From: an uncultured bacterium | GTDB lineage: Bacteria > Actinomycetota > Acidimicrobiia > Spongiisociales > UBA5794 | Direction: 5' to 3' | Assembly: GCA_963801165.1 (NCBI GenBank) | Contig: CAWDDT010000011.1 | Span: 192,001 to 256,000 of the forward strand | DNA length: 64,000 nucleotides | In this document: positions 47,847 to 57,955 of the stretch, in pieces | How the letters are laid out: the number at the start of each line of letters is the position of its first letter | Position numbering within the stretch: position 1 is the first letter of the stretch | Notes under the pieces: model-generated | Seen by the model: only the letters and a program-made list of their open reading frames with translations | Told to the model about the DNA's origin: nothing | The model's database searches: none | Position numbers and translations under genes: made by a program

Positions 47847-49372
47847 TACTCACCACCTCCCACGCTTGCCAGATCCTGCGGCACACCGTATTGCGGCACC
47901 GTGTAGTCCGTCGATTGCTCGATGCGCTGCAGCACCTCGTTCACCGCCGGCTCGATGCGGTCGAGAGCCGGCTTCGGGTAGACACCCAGGACAAGGATGA
48001 GGACGGCGAGCGGAGCGATGATCAGCACCTCCCGCCTGTCGAGGTCGAGCAGCTTCTCGTTCTCCTTGTGGATCATCGGCCCGGTGAAAACTCGCTCGTA
48101 GGCCCACAGCAGGTAGACCGCAGCGAGGATCACCCCGGTGGCGGCGAGGACGGCGGCGACCGGGAATCGGAGGTAGGAGCCGAGCAGGATGTTGAACTCG
48201 CCTATGAACCCGTTGAGACCGGGCAGACCCGCCGAGGCGAAAACGGAGAACAGGAACAGACCGGCGAACACCGGCATCACCCTGGCGATGCCGCCGTAGT
48301 CGGAGATCTGCCTGGTGTGACGGCGCTCATAGATCATCCCGACAAGCAGGAACAGCGCACCGGTGGAGAGACCGTGATTGACCATCTGGATGACGCCACC
48401 GGTCAGACCCTGGCTGGTCATGGCAAAGATGCCGAGGATGATGAAACCGAGGTGGCTCACCGACGAGTATGCGACTAGTCGCTTCACATCTGGCTGGACG
48501 ATGGCAACCACCGCCCCGTAGATGATGCCGACGACGGCGAGAGCCGCCAGCCAGGGGGCGAAACGCACCGCGGCCTCGGGGAACAGGGTCAGGTTGAAGC
48601 GGATGAACCCGTACGTCCCCAGCTTCAGCAGGACACCGGCCAGCAGCACCGAACCGGCGGTGGGCGCTTCGGTGTGGGCATCGGGCAGCCACGTGTGGAA
48701 CGGGAAGATCGGCACCTTGACTGCGAAGGCGATGCCAAAAGCGAGGAACAGCCAGGTCTGCTGCGTCGAGGTGAGACCGACGTTGAGGATCTGGGTGAAA
48801 TCAAACGTACCGGCGATGACCCCGAGCCAGATGATGCCGGTGAGCATCAGCGCCGAGCCGAGTGCGGTGTATAGGAAGAACTTCACCGCGGCATAAACCC
48901 GGTTGCCGCTCCCCCAGATCCCGATCAACAGGTACATCGGGACGAGGGTGATCTCGAAGAACACAAAGAACAGCAGCAGGTCGAGCGCGACAAAGACCCC
49001 GAGCATCCCGGTCTCCAGTAGCAGCATCGCCACCATGTACATCTTCTGGTTCTTGGTGACCGACTTCGACGCTGCGATCGACAGGGGGAACAAGATGGCG
49101 GTCAGAGCCAGGAGCAGCAGCGAGATACCGTCGACACCGACGTTCCACGAGATGCCGAGCGGCTCGTACCACAGCACCTGCTGGGTGAACTGGTAGCCGG
49201 AAATGCCGACCTGGAACTCCCACAGCACGTAGCCGACCATCGCCAGCGGCAGGAAGCTGAGGGTCAGCGCCAGCGGGTAGACCAGCTCGGTGCGACGCTT
49301 GGGGATCAGGGCGACGACGAGCGCGGCGAGCGTCGGCAGCAACACCATGACGGCGAGAGTGGGAAAGGTCAC
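47846..49372 (-). CDS. nuoM: NADH-quinone oxidoreductase subunit M (complete cluster)
   Basis: AVKVPIFPFHTWLPDAHTEAPTAGS, KRLVAYSSVSHLG. Confidence 0.95.
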   Translation of the reverse strand: MTFPTLAVMVLLPTLAALVVALIPKRRTELVYPLALTLSFLPLAMVGYVLWEFQVGISGYQFTQQVLWYEPLGISWNVGVDGISLLLLALTAILFPLSIAASKSVTKNQKMYMVAMLLLETGMLGVFVALDLLLFFVFFEITLVPMYLLIGIWGSGNRVYAAVKFFLYTALGSALMLTGIIWLGVIAGTFDFTQILNVGLTSTQQTWLFLAFGIAFAVKVPIFPFHTWLPDAHTEAPTAGSVLLAGVLLKLGTYGFIRFNLTLFPEAAVRFAPWLAALAVVGIIYGAVVAIVQPDVKRLVAYSSVSHLGFIILGIFAMTSQGLTGGVIQMVNHGLSTGALFLLVGMIYERRHTRQISDYGGIARVMPVFAGLFLFSVFASAGLPGLNGFIGEFNILLGSYLRFPVAAVLAATGVILAAVYLLWAYERVFTGPMIHKENEKLLDLDRREVLIIAPLAVLILVLGVYPKPALDRIEPAVNEVLQRIEQSTDYTVPQYGVPQDLASVGGGE

Positions 49373-51249
49373 AAAACACCCCCCCGCAGGACCATGATCA
49401 AGATGATCCCGGCGGCACCGCCCAGAATCCCAAGTCCGTAGTTGCGAACGAGCCCGGTCTGGAGCGGCTTGGCGGCGGCAGCCAGCCGCTTCACCAGGAC
49501 GCCGACCCCGTTGACGACACCGTCGATGCCTTTGGCGTCGGCGGTGAAGGCCATCTGGTTGGCGGCAGCCTTGCCGGGAAGCACGAGCGTCTTGCCGTAC
49601 AGGTCATCGACGTAGTAGCCGTGCAGCACCGCGTCCCACACGCCGCCCGTCTCGGCGGGCGCCTCCCCGACCAGGAACCTGCGATAGGCGAAGTAGATGC
49701 CGGCCGCGGCGGCTGCCACCGAAGCTAGGGCCAGCACCCACGCCGTCGCCCCGTCGGGGGCGTTGGCCAGGTTGACGCCTTCGAAAGCCGGTTCCAGGAA
49801 ATGCTCCAGGCTCAACCGCCACGGTGTATTGATGAGCCCGCCCACCGCGGACAGAACACCGAGGGCGATGAGCGGAACGGTCATCGAGCCGGGCGACTCG
49901 TGCGGGTGGACCCCCTCGTCCCAGCGAGCCTCACCCCAGAAGGTGCGGAACATGAGCCTGCTCATGTAATAGGCGGTCAGACCGGCGGTGATCAGGCCGA
50001 TGGCCCACAGCACCACGAAATAGCCACCCTTGTTGAACGTGGCGCCGAGGATCTCGTCTTTGGACCAGAAGCCGGCGAACGGCGGTATACCGGAGATGGC
50101 CACCCAGGCAATCGCCATCGTGGCGAACGTCTTCGGCATGGCGCTGCGCAGCCCGCCCATCTTGTCCATGTCTTGCTCGCCGGACAGGGCGTGAATCACC
50201 GAACCTGCGCCGAGGAATAGCAGCGCCTTGAAGAACGCGTGGGTCATCAGGTGGAATATGCCCGCCGTATATGCGGCGACACCGACCCCCATGAACATGT
50301 ACCCGAGCTGGCTGATCGTCGAGTAGGCAAGCACCCGTTTGATGTCCTTCTGGGCGATCGCAATCGTGGCTGCGTACAGCGCGGTGATGGCACCGACGGT
50401 GGCGACCACCCCGGCCGAGAACGGGGCAAGCTCGAAGAGCGCCCCTGTGCGGGCGACCATGTAGACACCGGCGGTGACCATGGTGGCGGCATGGATGAGA
50501 GCCGACACCGGGGTCGGGCCTTCCATGGCATCCGGCAGCCACACATAAAGCGGCAACTGCGCCGACTTCCCGGTAGCCCCGAGCAGGAGCAGCAGCGTGA
50601 TCGCGGTGGCGGTCGTCCCCCCCGACTCGAGCAACCTGCCCGCGTTCGAGAAGACCGTGTCGAAACCGAGCGACCCGAAGGTGGCGAAGATCAGCATCAG
50701 CGCAATGATGAAACCGAAGTCGCCGATCCGGTTGACGATGAACGCCTTCTTCCCCGCAGCCGCTGCAGACGGCTTCTCGAACCAGAATGAGATCAGCAGA
50801 TAGGAGCAGAGGCCGACCAGCTCCCAGCCTATGAACAAGATGGCGAAGTTGGCGCCGAGCACGAGAATGAGCATCGATGCAAGGAACAGGTTCAGGTAGG
50901 CGAAGAAGCGCGGGTAGCGCTCGTCGCCGTGCATGTACCCGATCGAGTAGAGATGGATGAGCGAGCCCACCCCGGCGACGACCATCGCCATCACCGCCGA
51001 GAGGGGATCCCACAGGAACTCGGCCCTTATGCCCAGCCCCGGGATCCAGTCGAACAGGAACACTTGCTGGCCCTGGTGCCCGCCGGCGAAGAAGTCGGCG
51101 GCCGCGATGGCGATCACGACGAATGCGCCGGCGGCGAGCAACGTGGCGAGATAACCGGCACCAGGCTCCCCGATCCGCTTGCCGAACAGCAGGAGCAGAG
51201 CCGCCCCGAGAAGCGGGAGCGCCACCGCGATCCAGATGTAATCGACCAT
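49369..51249 (-). CDS. nuoL: NADH-quinone oxidoreductase subunit L (complete cluster)
   Basis: [42 protein letters not shown]. Confidence 0.95.
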   Translation of the reverse strand: MVDYIWIAVALPLLGAALLLLFGKRIGEPGAGYLATLLAAGAFVVIAIAAADFFAGGHQGQQVFLFDWIPGLGIRAEFLWDPLSAVMAMVVAGVGSLIHLYSIGYMHGDERYPRFFAYLNLFLASMLILVLGANFAILFIGWELVGLCSYLLISFWFEKPSAAAAGKKAFIVNRIGDFGFIIALMLIFATFGSLGFDTVFSNAGRLLESGGTTATAITLLLLLGATGKSAQLPLYVWLPDAMEGPTPVSALIHAATMVTAGVYMVARTGALFELAPFSAGVVATVGAITALYAATIAIAQKDIKRVLAYSTISQLGYMFMGVGVAAYTAGIFHLMTHAFFKALLFLGAGSVIHALSGEQDMDKMGGLRSAMPKTFATMAIAWVAISGIPPFAGFWSKDEILGATFNKGGYFVVLWAIGLITAGLTAYYMSRLMFRTFWGEARWDEGVHPHESPGSMTVPLIALGVLSAVGGLINTPWRLSLEHFLEPAFEGVNLANAPDGATAWVLALASVAAAAAGIYFAYRRFLVGEAPAETGGVWDAVLHGYYVDDLYGKTLVLPGKAAANQMAFTADAKGIDGVVNGVGVLVKRLAAAAKPLQTGLVRNYGLGILGGAAGIILIMVLRGGVL

Positions 51250-51251
51250 CG

Positions 51252-51557
51252 TCAGCCCTTCATCGCCGACAGCTCGTCGACGCTTGCGGTCGACCGTTTG
51301 TGGAACACCATGACGATGATGGCGAGACCGACCGTCACTTCGGCGGCGGCAACCACCACGACAAACAGAGTCGCCAGCTGCCCGTCGAGGTTGCCCTGCG
51401 CCTGGCCTGCTGCGACGAATGTCAGGTTGACGGAGTTGAGCATCAGCTCGATCGACATGAACATGATGAGCGCGTTGCGCCGCAGCAGCAGCCCGGCAGC
51501 GCCGAGCACGAACAAGACGGCGGCCAGGCTCATGTACCAGCCGGCGGTTACGGTCAT
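51252..51557 (-). CDS. nuoK: NADH-quinone oxidoreductase subunit K (complete cluster)
   Basis: [28 protein letters not shown]. Confidence 0.95.
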   Translation of the reverse strand: MTVTAGWYMSLAAVLFVLGAAGLLLRRNALIMFMSIELMLNSVNLTFVAAGQAQGNLDGQLATLFVVVVAAAEVTVGLAIIVMVFHKRSTASVDELSAMKG

Positions 51558-52141
51558 TGCTCACCTCCGGTCTCGACGGTTGGCTCGGCAGGGACGGCCT
51601 CCACCTCTGCCGGGGTTGGCTCGCCCTCATCTAGATCGCCGAGACGGCCCTGATAGCGGGCAAGCGCCACCGAGCCAACGGCGGCGACGGTGAGCAACAG
51701 GATGGTTGCCTGGAACGGGAGCATCCAGGTCCCGAACAAGGCGTCGGAGATCGCCTCGATGGTCCCCACCCTGGGCGGGAGACCCTCCTGGAGCACCCAC
51801 GCGCCGTGCCCGGCGATGAGGATCAGGATGATCAACCCGGCTGCGAGAACCGCGACAACGGGCCGCTGGAACGGGATCTTCTCGTCGGGGTCTTCGCGGC
51901 GATCAACGCCAATGAGCATGATGACGAACAGAAACAGGGTCATCACGGCCCCGGCATAGATGATCACCTGCACGGCGGCCACGAAGTGGGCATCCATCAA
52001 CACATAGAACACCGCCATCGACAACATCGTCAGCAGCAGACCCATTGCCGCGTAGACCGGGTTACGCGCCATGATGAGCGTCACCGCACCGATCAGGGCA
52101 GCAATGGCAAAGATGACAAAAACAAAGAGCTCAGCGTTCAC
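51554..52141 (-). CDS. nuoJ: NADH-quinone oxidoreductase subunit J (complete cluster)
   Basis: GTG AAC GCT start; [31 protein letters not shown]. Confidence 0.93.
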   Translation of the reverse strand: MNAELFVFVIFAIAALIGAVTLIMARNPVYAAMGLLLTMLSMAVFYVLMDAHFVAAVQVIIYAGAVMTLFLFVIMLIGVDRREDPDEKIPFQRPVVAVLAAGLIILILIAGHGAWVLQEGLPPRVGTIEAISDALFGTWMLPFQATILLLTVAAVGSVALARYQGRLGDLDEGEPTPAEVEAVPAEPTVETGGEQ

Positions 52142-52493
52142 ATTCTTCTCCCTCTGGGAGAAGTGCCGAGCGCAGCAAAGGCGAGCCACTCTTTCCTTCT
52201 CCCTCTGGGAGAAGTGCCGAGCGCAGCGAAGGCGATGAGGGCCTCGCGAAGAAACGCCCTCCCCGACCCGGCCTGCGGCCCGTCGACCCCCCCAAAGGCA
52301 GGATGAACCTCTGGGAGAAGTGCCGAGCGCAGCAAAGGCGAGCCACTCTTTCCTTCTCCCTCTGGGAGAAGTGCCGAGCGCAGCGAAGGCGATGAGGGCC
52401 TCGCGAGAAAACGCCCTCCCCGACCCGGCCTGCGGCCGATAGACCATCCCAAAGGGAGGATGAGGGTGAGGGCCCGCCAAAAGCTGCGCTCAT
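52131..52493 (-). other. Repeat-derived relay ORF (120 aa) across four family A copies plus Y-like modules (52145-52474)
   Basis: The ATG overlaps the nuoI stop (TAATG); the ORF ends 11 nt into nuoJ; present in the ORF track. Confidence 0.55.
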
Positions 52494-53119
52494 TATCCAC
52501 CACCCCCCTCGCTTTGCCCGTGCTCCGGCGGCAGGTCGCCGTGGGTGGCCGACGGGGTCCAGCCGACCACGCCTTCGAACGCTGCCCGGCCACTAGGTGC
52601 AGTTGCCCGCATCCACCCCGAACCGAGCTTCAGCTCGTTGAGATCGATGAGGCGGTTCGCCTCCTGGGCATGGTTTGGTGTGCCGTCGGGCTCCACCAGC
52701 AGCTCGTCCCTGGTGTAGATCGAGTCGTTGCGGTTGGTGACCGACATCTCAAAGAGGTGGGTCATCGTTATCGCCTCGGTGGGGCACGCCTCGACGCACA
52801 TCGCACAGAAGATGCACCGCAGCATGTTGATCTCGTAGATGAACCCGTAGCGCTCACCCGGGCTCACCGGATCGTCCGGCGGGTTGTCGGCGCCGCGGAC
52901 ATAGATACAGCGGGCCGGGCAAACGCCGGCACACAGCTCACAGCCGATGCACTTCTCCATCCCGTCCGGGTAGCGGTTGAGCACGTGGCGACCGTGAAAA
53001 CGCTGCGGCTTCTCTCGCTTCTCGTCGGGGTATGACCGGGTCAATCGGGGGCGGCTCATCTGCCGCAGCGTCACCGCAAAGCCCCGGAACGGCCCCAACA
53101 TGTCGGCAAACCAGCCCAT
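52493..53119 (-). CDS. nuoI: NADH-quinone oxidoreductase subunit I (complete cluster)
   Basis: RFHGRH, CIGCELCAGVCP, CIFCAMCVEACP. Confidence 0.95.
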   Translation of the reverse strand: MGWFADMLGPFRGFAVTLRQMSRPRLTRSYPDEKREKPQRFHGRHVLNRYPDGMEKCIGCELCAGVCPARCIYVRGADNPPDDPVSPGERYGFIYEINMLRCIFCAMCVEACPTEAITMTHLFEMSVTNRNDSIYTRDELLVEPDGTPNHAQEANRLIDLNELKLGSGWMRATAPSGRAAFEGVVGWTPSATHGDLPPEHGQSEGGGG

Positions 53120-53123
53120 TATC

Positions 53124-54194
53124 TCAACTCCATGGCAGGCCCAGATCTCGCACGCCGAGCGAAACCGCGATCAACACGATCCACAACAGGCTGAACGGGA
53201 TGAGTCTCTTCCAGCCGAAGGACATCAGCTGGTCGTAGCGCATCCGGGGCAAAGACGCCCGGATCCACACAAACACAAACACCAGCAGGAAGGTCTTCAA
53301 CAAGAACCAGAAGATCGGGAACAGCCACGAGATCCACGACGGTGTCCCGAAGTCTGGACCGAGCCAGCCGCCGAGAAACAGGGTCGTAGTCAGCGCCGAG
53401 ATGTTGAAGATGTTGGCGTACTCGGCCAGGAAGAACATCGCAAACCGGAAGCCACCGTATTCGGTGTGGTAGCCGCCGACAATCTCGTTCTCGGCCTCGA
53501 CCAGATCGAACGGAGCCCGGTTGGTCTCGGCAACACCGGAGATGAAGAAGATAACGAACGACGGGATCAGGATCAGGTTCCACGCCGGGACGAAAGACAA
53601 GAAGCTGCTGCTGGAGAAGTAGCTGCCCATCTGCGCATCAACGATCCCGGTGAACGACGTGGAACCGGCAAACATGACCACCGGGACCAGGGCAAGACCC
53701 ATTGCCGCCTCGTATGAGATCATCTGAGCAGACGCCCGGACGGCGCCGAGCAACGGATACTTGGACCCGGACGCCCAACCGGCGAGCACGACTGCGTAAA
53801 CCGCAATCGACGACATCGCCAGCACGTAGAGCAGCGCAATGTTGAGGTCGGTGCCGGCGAGATTGATGACTCGATCGCCCAGTGTGAAGGGTCGCCCGAT
53901 CGGGATGACCATGAAGATGAGGATTGCCGGCACGAGCGCAGCGATCGGCGCCACCATGTACAAGCCGTACTCGACCTTGCGGGGAACCACCGGTTCCTTG
54001 AGGAGTAGCTTGACCCCGTCGGCGACCGTCTGGAGGATCCCGTACGGCCCGGCACGCATCGGCCCGATCCGATTCTGCATGTCGGCAACGATCTTGCGCT
54101 CGAACCACACCAGGATGATCACGGTCAGCAGCACCAGGGCAAAGACGGCGACCGCCTTGATGGCGGCTTCGACGAGGAGTGCCCATCCGCTCAC
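53124..54194 (-). CDS. nuoH: NADH-quinone oxidoreductase subunit H (complete cluster)
   Basis: ERKIVADMQNRIGP, AQMISYE, AETNRAPFDLVEAE. Confidence 0.95.
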   Translation of the reverse strand: MSGWALLVEAAIKAVAVFALVLLTVIILVWFERKIVADMQNRIGPMRAGPYGILQTVADGVKLLLKEPVVPRKVEYGLYMVAPIAALVPAILIFMVIPIGRPFTLGDRVINLAGTDLNIALLYVLAMSSIAVYAVVLAGWASGSKYPLLGAVRASAQMISYEAAMGLALVPVVMFAGSTSFTGIVDAQMGSYFSSSSFLSFVPAWNLILIPSFVIFFISGVAETNRAPFDLVEAENEIVGGYHTEYGGFRFAMFFLAEYANIFNISALTTTLFLGGWLGPDFGTPSWISWLFPIFWFLLKTFLLVFVFVWIRASLPRMRYDQLMSFGWKRLIPFSLLWIVLIAVSLGVRDLGLPWS

Positions 54195-56611
54195 GACGCA
54201 CCTCCCGGAGTGACAGTGACCGCAACGGCAGCCCCGAGCGCGGCTGTCCCGGGGAGGTTGGCGGGCACATATACGGTACCGTCGCCGAGCGAGTTGTCGA
54301 CGGCGACGGGCAGGACGACGCTGCTGGCATCCCCGGCGATGGTCACCGGCGACCCCGGCTCGATGCCCAGAGCCTCGATCTCGGCTTGGTTCAGGTAGGC
54401 GGCCGCGTCGGGGATGAGAGCTGCCAACGACGGGCTCTTGCGCACCTTGACACCGTCGTCGTACAAGACACGGGCAAGATGCAGACCGAACCGGGCCTCG
54501 ACCGGCTTGATGCTCCCGCTGACCGGGATGTACTCGAGCGGTTGCTCGCCGTCTTCGAGCGGGAGCAGCAGACCTTCCCGACCCTCGCCCCAGTCGAGAT
54601 CGTCCCATGAGACACCGTGATAGGCGGGAGCCACGGTTGCTATCTCTTTGCTGATGGCCGCAGCCGACGTCGCTCCGAGGGTTCCACCCATGCGCCGGGC
54701 CAGGTCATCGAGAAGCGACCACGTCGGTCTGGTCTGACCGGGGCCGGGGACGAGCCGGTTCACCTTCTGGATCCGGCCTTCGATATTGGTGACCGTGCCT
54801 TCCACCTCAGCAAACCCGACGACGGGGAACACCACATCGGCGAGGGCGGATGAGTCGGTGAGGAAGGTGTCGATGGCAACGACAAAAGCAGCCGCCTCGA
54901 GACACGCTCTGGCCAGGGTGGGCTCGGGATGGTCTCGAACGGGGTCGGTGCCGAGCATGACCAGGGCCTGCAAATCACCGTCGCGAAGGCCTTCGAGAAT
55001 GCTGGTGGCGTTCCTCCCCAGACCTTCGGGGAGCGGCCCCCATTCGGCCTCGAGCGTGTGATGAGCGCTGGTCTCGGAGACGCGCCCCGGGAGCAAGGTC
55101 GGGGCCAGACCCATATCGAGGGCCCCCATGACGTTGCCCCGCCTGGCGAGCGGCAAGATCTTGCCATCGGTGAGGTCCCGGCCAAAGGCGGCGACCCCCT
55201 CGGCGAGCCTGGGGTCTTCGCCGAGCCCGGTCCGACCGACGATGGTGACGACCGGACCGTCGTTGAGCGCTTCCCGGATCACTCCGTAGTCTCCGCCGCC
55301 GGCGGCGAGCGCCTGCAGCACATCGGGCCCGGTGCCGGGACGGTAACGAACTTTGTGGGTGGCGACGTCGTCGAGACCGGTGCGCCGGGGGTGAACGACG
55401 ATGAGGGTGGCTCCCAGCTCGGCGGCAGCGCGGCGCACCCGCAGGTAGAGAACCGGGTATTCCTCCTTCAGGTCGGCCGCCCACAGGAGGATGGTCCTGG
55501 CGGTCTCCAGGTCGCTGATGGCGGCCCGCGGCGTCGCCCCGACGAGGAATTGTGGGTCGAGCCCATCGTCGAGCTGAGCATCGACGTGAGGGGTAACCAC
55601 GATCGTCCGGAGGAACTTGCCGAACATGAAGGCTTCCTCGTTGGTGCTGTTGGCGCCGCCGAGACCCGCCACCTGCTCGCCCGGATAGGAGGTCAGCCGC
55701 TCCGCTACCAGATCGAGCGCATCGCCCCAGGTCGCTTCACGGAACTCACCGTCTTGCTTGATCAGAGGTGTGGTCAGCCGATCCTCGCTGTGGATCGCCT
55801 CGAAGACGAACCGATCCTTGTCGGAGAGCCAACCCTGGTTAGTGGCGTCGTTGTCGACGCCGTCGATGCGAACCACGCGATTCTGGCTCGACTCGACCGA
55901 CACCCTCGAGCCGACCGAGTCGACCAGCGAAACGCTCTCGACGGCCTCGAGATCCCAGGGGCGTGCCTTGAACCGGTACGGCTTGGCGGTCAATGCGCCT
56001 ACCGGGCAGATCTGCACGGTGTTGCCGGAGAAGTAGGAGTTGAACGGCTCGCCCGGGAAGGTGAGGACCTGCACCTGGTTGGCACGGTCCTGGAACTCGA
56101 TCAGCGGGTCGCCGGAGATCTCCTCCGAGAATCGGGTGCAACGGGCACAGAGGATGCAGCGCTCCCGGTCGAGCAGCACCAGGTCGGAGATCGGGATCGG
56201 CTTCTCGAAATGCCGCTTCTCCTCAACGAACCTGCTCTCGCCCGGTCCGTAGGCGAGGGTTTGATCCTGGAGCGGGCACTCCCCTCCCTTGTCACAAACG
56301 GGACAATCGAGCGGGTGGTTGATGAGCAGATACTCGAGGACACCCTCCTGGACCTTCTTGACAACGGCGGACTGTGTGTCGACGACCATCCCCTCGTTGA
56401 CCCGGGCCGTACAGGAGGGCATCAACATCTTGCCGCGGGGCCCTTCGACCTCGACGAGGCACATGCGGCACATCCCGACCGGCTTCATTCGCGGGTGCCA
56501 GCAGAAATGGGGGATGTACACGCCGTTGTCCACGGCGACCTTGATCAGCACCTCGCCGGCGGGCCCTTGCATTTCGACCCCGTCGACGGTGATGGTCACC
56601 TGGTCAGCCAT
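54191..56611 (-). CDS. nuoG: NADH-quinone oxidoreductase subunit G
   Basis: IPHFC, CRMCLVE, NHPLDCPVCDKGGECPLQD, CILCARCTRF, CPVGALT. Confidence 0.95.
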   Translation of the reverse strand: MADQVTITVDGVEMQGPAGEVLIKVAVDNGVYIPHFCWHPRMKPVGMCRMCLVEVEGPRGKMLMPSCTARVNEGMVVDTQSAVVKKVQEGVLEYLLINHPLDCPVCDKGGECPLQDQTLAYGPGESRFVEEKRHFEKPIPISDLVLLDRERCILCARCTRFSEEISGDPLIEFQDRANQVQVLTFPGEPFNSYFSGNTVQICPVGALTAKPYRFKARPWDLEAVESVSLVDSVGSRVSVESSQNRVVRIDGVDNDATNQGWLSDKDRFVFEAIHSEDRLTTPLIKQDGEFREATWGDALDLVAERLTSYPGEQVAGLGGANSTNEEAFMFGKFLRTIVVTPHVDAQLDDGLDPQFLVGATPRAAISDLETARTILLWAADLKEEYPVLYLRVRRAAAELGATLIVVHPRRTGLDDVATHKVRYRPGTGPDVLQALAAGGGDYGVIREALNDGPVVTIVGRTGLGEDPRLAEGVAAFGRDLTDGKILPLARRGNVMGALDMGLAPTLLPGRVSETSAHHTLEAEWGPLPEGLGRNATSILEGLRDGDLQALVMLGTDPVRDHPEPTLARACLEAAAFVVAIDTFLTDSSALADVVFPVVGFAEVEGTVTNIEGRIQKVNRLVPGPGQTRPTWSLLDDLARRMGGTLGATSAAAISKEIATVAPAYHGVSWDDLDWGEGREGLLLPLEDGEQPLEYIPVSGSIKPVEARFGLHLARVLYDDGVKVRKSPSLAALIPDAAAYLNQAEIEALGIEPGSPVTIAGDASSVVLPVAVDNSLGDGTVYVPANLPGTAALGAAVAVTVTPGGAS

Positions 56612-57887
56612 GCGCCACCTCCTTGCCGACCCGTGCCTCGACTTCGTCACGGAAATACTTCATCAGCGACATCACCGGTGCCGTGGCGGAGGGGCCGAGC
56701 GGGCAGATGGTGGTCATGGCGGGCGGCCAGGTGAGCCCGGGGCTGATGCCGTCGGAGACGTCGAGAAGCAGGTCGACGTCTTCCGGGCGTCCCTGCCCGG
56801 TGAGGATCCGGTTGAAGATGCGCTCGAGCCAGCTGCAGCCTTCCCGGCAGGGCGTGCACTGGCCGCACGACTCGTGGGCGTAGAAGCGGACGATCCGGTG
56901 CGCCGCGGCGATGACGTCGGTGGTGTCGTCCATGACGATGATGGCGCCGGACCCCATCATCGAGCCGTTCTTGCCCACGTCGTCGATGGTGACGGGTGTA
57001 TCGAGGTGCTCGTCGGGCACGAACCAGGGTGCGGATGAACCACCGGGAATCCAGGCCTTCAGCCCCCGGTCCTCGCGGATTCCGCCGCCGATCCCGTAGA
57101 TGAGGTCACGCCAGCTCATCCCCATCACGATCTCGTAGTTGCCCGGATTCTTGACGTGACCCGAGAGCGAGATCATCCGGGTTCCGGCCGACTTCTCGGG
57201 ACCGATGGCGGCGTAGGCGAGACCGCCGTTGTTGACGATCCACGGCACGTTCGACAGGGTTTCGACGTTGTTGACGACCGTTGGCTTGGCGTAGAGACCC
57301 TCGACCGCAGGAAACGGCGGCTTCAGCCGGGGCTCGCCACGACGCCCTTCGAGACTGTTCAGCAGAGCCGACTCCTCACCACAGATGTAGGCGCCTGCGC
57401 CGAGATGGACCGTGATCTCGAGGTCGAACCCGCTGCCGAGGATGTCCGAACCGAGGTAGCCCTTCCCATACGCCTCGTCAACGGCGTGCTGCAACCGGCG
57501 TGCCGGCTTCGGATACTCGCCGCGGATGTAAATGAAGGCGTGATTCACACCGACGGCATACGAGGTGAGGATGACGCCTTCGACGAGCTGGTGTGGGTCC
57601 CTCTCCAGCAGCTGGCGGTCCTTGAACGTTCCCGGTTCGGACTCGTCGCCGTTGACGACCAGGTACGCCGGCTTGGCGGGGGCGAGGAACCCCCACTTGA
57701 CACCCGCGGGAAAGTTGGCACCGCCCCGACCGCGGATGTTCGAGGCCTTCACTTGTTCCGCAACCTTCTCCGGCGCCATCTCGAGCAAGCCCTTGCGCAG
57801 CGCGGTGTAACCGCCGGTCGCCTCATAACGCTCGATGGTGTGACTGTCGGTGCGGTTCGCCTCCATCCGCTCGGTGAGTATCTTCAT
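56604..57887 (-). CDS. nuoF: NADH-quinone oxidoreductase subunit F
   Basis: GRGGANFPAGVKW, NGDESEPG, GAGAYICGEE, ESCGQCTPCREG. Confidence 0.96.
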   Translation of the reverse strand: MKILTERMEANRTDSHTIERYEATGGYTALRKGLLEMAPEKVAEQVKASNIRGRGGANFPAGVKWGFLAPAKPAYLVVNGDESEPGTFKDRQLLERDPHQLVEGVILTSYAVGVNHAFIYIRGEYPKPARRLQHAVDEAYGKGYLGSDILGSGFDLEITVHLGAGAYICGEESALLNSLEGRRGEPRLKPPFPAVEGLYAKPTVVNNVETLSNVPWIVNNGGLAYAAIGPEKSAGTRMISLSGHVKNPGNYEIVMGMSWRDLIYGIGGGIREDRGLKAWIPGGSSAPWFVPDEHLDTPVTIDDVGKNGSMMGSGAIIVMDDTTDVIAAAHRIVRFYAHESCGQCTPCREGCSWLERIFNRILTGQGRPEDVDLLLDVSDGISPGLTWPPAMTTICPLGPSATAPVMSLMKYFRDEVEARVGKEVAHG

Positions 57888-57955
57888 CTTCCCTCTCCCT
57901 CTGGGAGAGGATGGCGAGCGAAGCGAAGCCAGGTGAGGGCCTTGTGCGTACTCAT
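57884..57955 (-). other. Repeat-derived relay ORF (23 aa) containing one family A repeat (57888-57941)
   Basis: MSTHKALTWLRFARHPLPEGEGR*; ATGA overlap with the nuoE stop and ATGA overlap with the nuoF start. Confidence 0.6.
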
